A DNA stretch of 64,000 bases from Oopsacas minuta (lineage: Eukaryota > Animalia > Porifera), in NCBI GenBank assembly GCA_024704765.1, contig JAKMXF010000210.1, forward strand, positions 186,001-250,000, in the 5' to 3' direction. The notes beneath the pieces are model-generated. The model searched no databases, was not told the DNA's origin, and saw only the letters and a program-made list of their open reading frames with translations. How positions within the stretch are numbered: position 1 is the first letter of the stretch; every line of letters starts with the position of its first letter. Both the position numbers and the translations under genes were made by a program. Below are positions 21,801 to 31,780 of the stretch, in pieces.

Positions 21801-24800
21801 ATTTTGAGGCAGTTCATAACCATTATAGGAATAATATTGTTGTTGGGCAAGACAAGCCATTTATTTTATTTTATTTTTGTTGATTGTATTTACTGATTAA
21901 TATGGTAGATTTTCTTCTATATATACTTCAAGACAAAGATAAACAAGTTTCAAAATTGCTTTGCTTGTTTCATTTCGTTGACTCATTATTTACATTAACT
22001 AGATTATATCGACTTACAAGTGTTTCGTTTCATGACAAATTATCAGAACTACAACAGAAAATTTTATAAGCGTTACTCCATTGATTATTTCACCACGCTG
22101 GAAATAGCGTATACTTACTAAGAGAGATTTTATTATAAGTTTATGAGGCGCCTTTGGCAAGTATGAATTGTTCCCCGTCATTAAAATTTTAATGTCATTA
22201 TTTTATAAATCAAACCGTGTGTTTCTTTGTATTCTCGAATAGGTTGCACATGTAATATCCCCTGGAAATTCGAAGGGTATATAGTGATGATATAACTTGT
22301 AACGACCAAGATAATGAGTAAATAATGATTTTGATACAGTTGTGTATTTTTCAATTTTATCAATATTCAGCTTGGTGTAATCACTTAACATTTTTACTAG
22401 ATTCGCCTGTCTTTAGTCTTATACCTTGATTGGCACTAAAATGGTTAATTCGAGGATTGTGGGATAAGTTTATGTGGAAAGATGATTAATTGGTTGGAAA
22501 TATTGCTGTAAATGAAAACTTGTATTAATTCCAGTCTCAACTTCGTCTGTCGAAGCCGTTATGTGCTCGAGTACTATACTCATAGGACGTAATGAGGGTT
22601 AATGGCAGTAAAGCTTGACAGATAGTTCTCTAAACAGTTAAGCTATTCATTCAGCTCAAAAATATAATTGCAAACACCGTTCTTAGCGTATCCAGAGTTA
22701 AATAATTATTATAATTGCTGATCGTAATTCACGTAATTTTTAATAATGTAACAACATTATAATATAGTATTAGAAATATACTTATCTACTAAAATTATCT
22801 AATCAACAGTTAAGTAATTAACAACTTATAGGAATGATGGCATTTTCACTAACACTACACGCAGCAGAAACAGATTACTCTCTTGTATGCTTAGAATTAA
22901 TTACAAGTGGAATTCAAAATACGTACGTATCCTGGTTATGGTTATACTTATGTATAAAAACGAAGTCAACATTTTACTGTATAATTACTTTGTGAATTAA
23001 TAATATTCCTGGTTATGTCTAGCTATTGAATTTAGTAATGACAGTCTATTACGAGATAGTTTCAATATTTACGAAACAAATATCTTTGTATTTCTTAAAG
23101 TGGCCTACTGAAATAGTTAATTAATGGAATTTCATGTATTAGCAGTTTATTTTAATTTTGAATTGTATTATTAATAATGCAGAGCAAAATAACAGCTGGT
23201 AGAGTTGAATTCAGCAATAGAATGGTTAATGGTCCAATGATGTACTATTCTGTTGGTAAAATTGTATTTGTTTCCAGAGATGTTCTTTTTCCTGTTGTAA
23301 CGTAACTTTCAGTTTTAAAAGTTCATTAATTTCTCCGTCCAATTCTTGATATTCATGTTTATTTCTTATTCGAGAGAGCCCGGCTGTTTTCCTGTTCATT
23401 GTCATTCTTCTTAATTCGCGAATATAATCCTTTTCTTGTGCACTGAAGCACCCAGAATCAAGAATTTCATTCAATTCATACACATCGATCGCAATCAGTT
23501 TGTCATTATCGATTAAGTCAAAGAAGTTCGTAATTATAGTAGAAGTGTTTAGATTTATTAAAATACGTTGTGCGCAAGAGATTTGTGGTGTGCTTGTGAT
23601 ATACTCCATTTCAATATATAACATAAAGTTTCTAGAATATTGAAATGTATTTCCAGTTATTTTCTAAAACTGTAGTTCGATTTCTAGTATTTATATCGGA
23701 AATTTTGCCGAATGACCATTAATTGATAGATAGAGTATAGATTAATTGCTAGCCACAATACTCACCATAAATGAACCTGAATATCACCATGATTTTATCC
23801 ATATTGGTATCTAGCTCTTCATCACTTGAAGCACCCTACACAAATGCAACTAATTAGAATATTTTGATTTATATCCTGCGTGGTAAATATTATTGGATAA
23901 ACATGTAATCTCGAAATGTTTTCATTACTTACTTTATGTCCAGCTATAAGCATTGCATCGAGATACTTTGCTAGAGAAAAATACATCGGTTTAATGATAA
24001 ATTTGAGTTATGGGGGTTTACAAGCTACAGACTGCTAAGATATGAGTTTTCTACAATGTGAGAAATTAACTTTCCACAGAAAAGGTAAAATATTATATAC
24101 TATAGCTCAGCTACGTCTATGGTACTGTCGAAATCGGTTTGTTTCCTTCTCCGGGTTTGTTATTCCATTTCCTGTATGTACTTCTTTTTTGTGATATATG
24201 GTACAAATCCGTTGATATTTTGCCTTATCGTGTTTACCCCCCAACCATGCTAAGACCCATATAAAGAATAATTTACAAAATCGAGTAAGTATTTGTAAAT
24301 GTAATAAAATTGCACTCCTGCTCCTACCCCTGATAAATACGGTATCAATGAAAACACATTCAATTCTCTCACCAATCATTTCTGCTGGTTTATTCGGTCT
24401 CATGTTTATAAACTTTTCAAATCCTTTCTAAATAGAGCAAATAACATACAAGTCCAAAAATGTCAATATTAGTAAGCCATACTTTCATAGAAATAATGAA
24501 CTTTCCATTATCTTTAAACGCTTGTACAATTATGACATCAATAGATTTCTTAAAATCAAGCAACTCTTTAATCATTGTTTTGTCTTTTTCTGGATATCTC
24601 ACCAACTCATAGCCCTCTTTCTAATAGTTTGATACAATAATTATTGTTTATTTAAATCCTACGCATGGCGTGGCTGAGGTTCAACACTGTATATGCGTTA
24701 CACCTGATTAGTATACGTATTTCTATCGCATTAACTAATTTAATGAAGTTTTATTTCTATCAAAATCAGAACAATTTGTAGAACTCAAAATTCAAAAAGT

Positions 24801-27800
24801 GTTCAAGACTCTCTAAAAGGGTTTGTAATATGTTGTTTCAATTTACTTATTATATTTCCGCTTGAACATCCTAGATATATGCATTATTGGTACACTAGTA
24901 CTTTATTTGCCAACTTGCAAGGCCAGTCAGGTGCATACTGTATATACATACTGAAATGCTAAGAATCCAGGTGAGTTAGCAAAGATTATACAGGAATACA
25001 TGAAAAGCTTACTGTACAATTAAAACAGCTACAATTTTCCAAAACCAATTAATGATTTACTCAATAGTAATGTAATTTATACTGTAGATCCCACTTCACC
25101 AAATTGTAAAATTGGCATAGACTTTCAAAGTGGTTTCTACAAACAAAACTATCTTCAATAAAGTCTATCTCTCGTATGATATATTCAGGTTATTTCGTGG
25201 TCATTTAATAAGTAATCGATTTTGTGCAGTTGTAGCCGTTTTACCAGATATTACAGGAGATACCATTAATACTATTATAGCACTATACATCCTTATTAAC
25301 AAACTTTAATAAACTCTTCAAAAGCAGCTCTCAAATTCTCTTCCCCGTTTTTAACAGAGCAGATAAAATCATACATCAAATGCAGCTCTTTAATTCTCTC
25401 AGCTCTTAGAAGATCGTCAAATCCTAAATTAAAATAAATTCTACATATTTTATTAGAAATATATTTGCCAATTTGGTTACCTTTGTTGATTATTGCTTCT
25501 ATGTGTGTTTCTATTAGTTGTTTACGTATACAAGGATTGAGAAGTCGCCTACGTTAAAACAATATGATACTTTTAGCATTTATTTACGTTACAATAAACA
25601 TGAATAGGATAAAATATGCTATACAAATCTATGTAGTTGTTAGAAAAAATGCACGTAGAATTTTGCATGAAGTGTTCACCAACAAATATTCCTATACTAC
25701 TTGCGTAATAATACATATACACGGATAGTCACATACCTTGTTGAAATGTCTAAATAATGTAGTATTTTATCATTTTCTTGAGTTAGTATAAGATTGATGT
25801 AGTCAAGATATTCTGGTAGCTGAAGGGTAAATAGGAAATGATTTGTTAAGGCTAATCTCTAACAATATGCGAACAATCCACGATGTTTCTATATTATTTA
25901 TTTGCTTATTAGCTTTGTTTGATTCTCAGTAAATATGTTGCAGTACTTGTTTAGAATAATTGAAGATATTAAGGAAGAGTTTTGCTATTTTAAATGTTAA
26001 CATTTATTATATTATGTACGATAATTAAACTGACCGAGAAAGATCCATCCTGTATCCTTGTTTTACTCTGAATTAGATAGAGCTTTGTAGTTTCGAATAT
26101 AAATTTACTTTCAAAGTCTTGGGTATACAGCTGAATGAATATTTAAAATAAATTGATAGATGATTCACGTAAGAAATTTGTCTATTATTTGACTATTAGT
26201 TATATCAAAAAAAAGTTGTAAACAGCTTGAAAATGAAGTAACCTGTAAATCGATAAGCATTCGGATAATATTTTTCAAAATACTTCTGTCAATTGCTTCG
26301 CCATTCCTAGAAAGGTGGATAATATATAATACAACCATTTATCTTGAGAAATATCTACCATACGTAAAGTATTCGTGCCATTATTGCATGGAGAATAACC
26401 TCGAATTTAAAATACGTGGCCTTTAATTAAACAAACTTTGGTACCAATTTGTAGAGGGTTTTCAAAAGAATTATCTTGAGCGTGTGATGAATGGTCATTA
26501 GCGTTAGAAAGGAAATATAAAGATTAATTGAAATTTTGATTAATCGCCGCTCAGAATATTAACACTTAAATATTATAGGTAAAGTTAAAGCTTTCATAAT
26601 ATAAATCTAATTAGTGATTATCTGTGAACATACTCAATTAGAAATCACACAATATTAATTACAATCATATGGTAACGAACTAATTAACCTTGAGTGAACT
26701 GATGGCCCTCAGAATCGCAACAACTAAATCCGAGCTGATGAAGATTAAATCCGAGACAGATGAGATCGACACCAAATCATCAGAGGATCAAACGAATATA
26801 GAAGATATTGTTAAACAAATTTACAGAGGTAAATTAATATCAGATAAAGTAATACTGCACAGATCTCGCATTATGAGGAAACTGCATACTGGATTTCTAA
26901 GAGCTGCTCTAAGATCTCTTCCGTCTGGAATCCAGTCTCTAGATGCTAGTCATCCATGGTTGTGTTATTGGATAATTCACTCTTTGGGATTATTGGGAGA
27001 GTATATACCAACAGACCAGGCAGGTCATATAGCTAAATTCCTAAGCTCCTGTCAGGTAACTAGTGGAGGGTTTGCAGGGGGGCCAGGACAGATATCACAC
27101 TTGGCAACTACATACAGTGCAGTGATGGCTCTATGCAGTCTAGGCACTGAAGAGGCGTATATTGTTATTGACAGAGTAGCACTTCAAAAGTAATTTAATT
27201 AAATATTGATAAATTTGATAAAGTGATTATTTTTAACGTAATAGGTATCTACAACGAATGCATCAAAAGTCAGGTGGTTTCGTAATGCATGAAGATGGTG
27301 AGGAAGACATCCGTGGTGCCTACTGTGCTATATCAGTAGCACAAATAACCCATCTAGATATACCAAGGTTATTTGAAGATACAGGGTATTGGGTAAGCAG
27401 ATGTCAGACTTATGAGGGCGGGTTCGCTGCTAGACCAGGGACAGAGGCACATGGAGGGTATGGGTTTTGTGGATACGCTGCTCTCCTACTGCTAGGGAAA
27501 CAGCATAAAATTGATCTAAAAAGATTGATACATTGGGCAGCAATGAGACAGATGAAGATTGAAGGAGGATTCCAAGGTAGGACAAATAAACTGGTAGATT
27601 CATGCTATGCTTTCTGGGTGGGTGCTTTATTTCCACTCATAGTAGCACAGATTAACAAAGAAATAGCTGATAATAAATCAGCAAACAGTCTATTTGATAG
27701 GGAATCTCTACAGGAATATCTTCTATATTGTAGTCAATATCATACAGGTGGATTTACAGACAGACCTGGAAACTCTAGTGATTACTACCACACATGCTAT

Positions 27801-30560
27801 TCACTCAGTGGTCTATCTCTAGCACAACATAGTGGACCAGATAAGTGTATTATTGGACACCCGGATAATGAACTTGAAGTGACACACCCTCTTTTTAATA
27901 TCACACAAGTTGCAGCTGAATCAGCTTTGATATATTTTAATAAATTGCAAATTCCATTTCTTGATAGTTAGTTAATCAGCTTTAGAATTACTGACTATTA
28001 GATGTTGTTGTGTCATTGGAGAAATATATGCAAATATGATCACACGCAATTACCATGCAAAGGGTCGCTACACCAATGATTATACTATATGATTATTCAT
28101 TGCACTGATCTCAACAAATATTTATTCATCTCGTTTAACCAATTGTGTAATTTCATTATTTGTAGAATATGAGTCAGGTTGGTTTATTTCTATTCACTAA
28201 AATACTATGATTAGTCAGGAAGGTTAAGTTTTGCTACTAATATATCGGAAATAAACATTCATTCACTAATTTAGCTATTTTTGAAATAATTATTGTAGCG
28301 ATATCGGAGATTTATGAATGATAATTTATACTTTTTGAATTTGGATTAATTATTCGAAATCAGACAGTTATCAATGCCATATTATGAAAGATTCCAAGAT
28401 TGTATAGGAAATAGGTGTTGCTAATCTGCCACATAGGTTACTGATTAGCTAATTAGAACAGAACACCACGGAAATGTCTGCTGGAAAGTTATATAAAAGG
28501 ACACAAATAGTTCAAACCTTTCATTTTCGATTTCCAGTAATAATAGAGTTATTGTACGATCAAGAAACTTGGGTTTTGTGTCGTCAACAGGTTTCAGATT
28601 TTCTTTGAATATCTTCAAACCTAATTCCCTAAACGAAAAAAATTACGTTACATGACGTATAATTTTTTCACTTCTCTTAAATACAATGTGGCAATTTTAT
28701 TGGTATAAACTAAAAGAGATTGTATAATTCGTAATAACTACCTGAGAATGGAATTGGAAATTGATGGCTGAGGAAAAATCATAATATACATTTTCCAGAA
28801 AATTCTACTCTTTAAACAAATAACCGTAGTCAACACGGTGGATAATTTGATCAAACAAACCCACGGAAATACTAATGATTAGGTAAGAGTCATTACAATA
28901 AACGTTTGTAAAATGACACAATAGTTTGTTACATTAAAATTCGATAACAGTAGAGTCAGAAGAAAGTACGGTGAATTCTTAGTTAAATTTGTTTCAATAA
29001 TTATGCAATATTAAGCTAGTTTAAATCCTCACCATAGCGAATCTTTCCCAGAAGCTTGTATTGTGCAGTGCAAATAACCAAAAATACTTGTGATCAATAT
29101 CTAGAGGAAATTAAATCTGTATTTGTTAAATAATGAGGGAGTTTGTTTCCTTTTCGTCTATGATTACATATCTCAATGATTTCTATACCCTAATTAAGAG
29201 TTTATTTAACGATTTATCGCTAAAATGTACACATTTAACTTACAAGTTGTTCATAGTTTGTATTCCAACAGCTCTCAAGCTGTTTCAGAAATCCTTTGTT
29301 CGCAACTGTTTCACTGAAAAGGAAAAACATAAATGAACCTTAATACATAACAGCTAAACTACTAATTAATAGAGAAATAATTTCATAAATTGGAACTTGA
29401 GCTAAACCACCTAGCTCAAATTAGATGATCATCAAATCGCTAGTTTTAGTTTCTTTTTTAAGAAAGTATAACCGCTCTCATTCACTAGAGAAAGTAAATG
29501 CACGAATCTTAGGGAAAGTTGTTAAATCAATAAATGTATTTAAGATAATTATCATTGAAACAAGGTTGAAACCACTTCAACCGAATAGTTCAACTGAATA
29601 CAATACACGTAATTCTATAACGTTATCTTTATGTATGAAATACTACAATGAAGCTTCAGGAGCTGCATCTTCATAGACTCCCTTAGCCCCTTACCAACAT
29701 TGTCCTGCCTCTTAATAGCAGCGGATTTTCAGTGTATATTTAACAATACTTTTGACATAATACTGTCAATTCGGATTTGTGTCCACATGGGATTATTTAG
29801 GGAACTGAATATATTTCAAATAATTATATCTGTAACATTATTCGAGATACAAAGAATACGTAGATATATACTGAAAATGTATTATATGTGTATTATTAGC
29901 GGACAATGCACTGTTATATTTCAACCAGCTTTCAAATTTCTATAATAATTTATACATGCGGGCATAGTCACACTGCTATATCAACATATCTACTATTACC
30001 ATGTTGTGAGTTTCAAACTAGAATTATAACAAATTTTGCACTTATGCTACACGCTTACATATTGAAATGCTTCACAAATGAGTCTGTAATTACATCATTT
30101 AGTATTGGTTCTATTTTCTCATAAAGCTGGGGTCCCATTTGATTAACACAGAGATTTTCTACTTCTCTATACAACTGGTTACGACTGTAAGGGACAGGAC
30201 GCTCCTCGTAAATTGCATGCAGCGTCTCCTCCAGACGTACCCACACTTCATCCATGTAATTGTCAGGAATAGACTGATTGCTTATCGCTATAGATAATCA
30301 GTTAATACAGCTATTAATTGTAATAAATTCAATAACTTACATCTAAGCTTTTTAATTGTTATTTTTCTTGGACCTGTAGGAGTCTTGGAAGACCCAATCA
30401 TTCCGTTAGGAGCAGAGGTTGAGGATTGACTCATTCTAATTTTCTTGGGAGATTGATTAAGTTTATTATTACTGTTATAATTACTCGATTTTGATTTGGG
30501 AGATTGGATTGCTGTTTCTGGCGATCTTTGCCTCTTTGAGCGAGGGAATTGCTTTATCAT
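17813..30560 (-). CDS. CUL4: Cullin-4 (about 24 exons traced)
   Basis: Exons recovered in order: [42 protein letters not shown]|[59 protein letters not shown]|[93 protein letters not shown] (stop 17813). Confidence 0.93.
18748..18826. repeat. (TAA)n microsatellite, about 26 units, in a CUL4 intron
   Basis: Direct reading of the sequence. Confidence 0.97.
19702..19810. mobile_element. pogo/Tigger-like MITE remnant
   Basis: Starts TACAGTGCAACTTC; internal repeated CGGATAA(T/C) units; right end degraded. Confidence 0.4.
21000..21090. mobile_element. pogo/Tigger-like MITE remnants
   Basis: GTTATCTC...GAGATAAC inverted repeat (21000-21042) next to a TACAGTAGAACTTGGATAAG terminus at 21056. Confidence 0.35.
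21444..21860 (-). CDS. Small CNC/Maf-type bZIP protein (copy 1), nested in a CUL4 intron
   Basis: [40 protein letters not shown] plus heptad zipper; resembles the CNC/Maf extended-homology and basic region; 138 aa; intronless. Confidence 0.8.
   Translation of the reverse strand: MACLAQQQYYSYNGYELPQNTMNCKIRVAKRILNTNFSSSNFFDLIDNDKLIAIDVNEMNEILDSGCFNIPEKDYIRELRRKTMNRKTAKMSRIRDKHEYQELNGEVEILRATRKMLSQEKEDLIQEINFYKKLMDNH
22567..22602 (-). mobile_element. piggyBac-like terminus (solo)
   Basis: Reverse strand reads TTAA CCCTCATTACGTCCTATGAGTATAGTACTCGAG, i.e. a TTAA target followed by CCC; partner end not found. Confidence 0.3.
23226..23624 (-). CDS. Small CNC/Maf-type bZIP protein (copy 2), nested in a CUL4 intron
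   Basis: Clear paralog of 21444-21860: [52 protein letters not shown] shared; TATAAAT about 70 bp upstream. Confidence 0.8.
   Translation of the reverse strand: MLYIEMEYITSTPQISCAQRILINLNTSTIITNFFDLIDNDKLIAIDVYELNEILDSGCFSAQEKDYIRELRRMTMNRKTAGLSRIRNKHEYQELDGEINELLKLKVTLQQEKEHLWKQIQFYQQNSTSLDH
26702..27971 (+). CDS. FNTB: Protein farnesyltransferase beta subunit (2 exons; intron 27190-27244), antisense in a CUL4 intron
   Basis: [90 protein letters not shown]. Confidence 0.95.
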
Positions 30561-30839
30561 CAAATTTTATATATTACAATGTTGTCGCACTTGTCTACTA
30601 ACACATTTGAAATAAGCTCGATTTTGGGAGTTTATTATTATATATTTGTCGTAAGATGTGTAGTCAATATCATTTAATTATTTGTAATGCTATAAGCTAT
30701 AGGCTATACTAATAATTGTACCATAGGTATATACTGTTATTATCAGTAGCTGGTTAATGTATAAAATTCAGAAGTGGAATAGAGACCAGGGATTGTTATA
30801 TCAGAGAATATATTCATATTTTATGTTCTGAGGTAAGAA

Positions 30840-31600
30840 TTACTTATCCACCATAAGCGAATCAATATGTGATTCCACTCGCTTGTCTCTGCAGTTTTTA
30901 CAATAGAACCCAGTCTCAATCCAATAGCAGAGAGAATCAGGATGCATTAAATCAGTTCTGCAGTCAGCACAACGATAACATTCAGGATGATAACTCCTGT
31001 CTAGTGCTACAATCCGTGAGGTTTCTGATTCGAACTTTAGAGGTATTATCGGTTCTTTACAAAGATGGCATTTAGGTGCGTATTTTCTATGGAAATCTTC
31101 AATACAGAATATGTTACCCATTGCATCGGTTGTATAGAGCTGTCCATCTAATGGACTTAAGCATTGAGTGCAACGGAAACATTCTGGATGGTAGTTGTAA
31201 CGTGAAGTCTCAATAACTCTAAAATATTATAAATATATGTAAATGTGTGTTTGAATTATTCGTAATATTGGAAGAATACATTCTACACATGAATCATTCA
31301 ATTCGAATTCGTTACCTGCCTTTCTCTAATTGGATTTTCGCAAACAGTACATCTAACTGCTACACTATTGAAATCAGCATCACAATAGAATTTGCCATCA
31401 AGTGTGAAGAATACATGTGTAGTTAGTATGACTTGACAGATGTGACAGGTAATACATGATTGATGGTAGAGCTCATCCTTCACATAAAATGCTGATTTCT
31501 TGTCTAGAATTGGGGCAGAACAGTTGGAACAGGTACCAATGGAGGTGCTAGATAAATCTTGAGTGTCTTCTTGGTTGTGATTTGAAGGTAAATTAGACAT
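30840..31600 (-). CDS. Three-LIM protein of the zyxin/LPP/Ajuba family (219 aa; exons 31600-31320 and 31218-30840)
   Basis: Three CxxC...HxxCxxCxxC...C LIM domains; LIM3 ETSRIVALDRSYHPECYRC matches LPP/TRIP6/WTIP type. Confidence 0.85.
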
Positions 31601-31780
31601 CAGTAATAGCTATGCATAGGAGATAAATCAAATTATTAGACAATTCCATGAATGGCAATATATTAGCCGGTATTCAATGGATAGCTTTATTAGAGTACAA
31701 CATATGAGAATAATTATTTACTCTTTTCACATGCGAATTGTGTTCAACTAACTGTACAATATATCAGTCATTCCCAGTCT

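Noticed and set aside
24661-24700. GGTTCAACAC B-box-like motif (tRNA/SINE)
   Set aside because: No proper A-box spacing or cloverleaf.
24880-25160. Coding-looking plus-strand stretch in a CUL4 intron ([14 protein letters not shown]...)
   Set aside because: Interrupted by stops, with no start or splice support and no family match.
28040-28110. ATGAT...CTGA pair as a candidate C/D snoRNA
   Set aside because: Imperfect C box, no terminal stem, and no guide I can verify.
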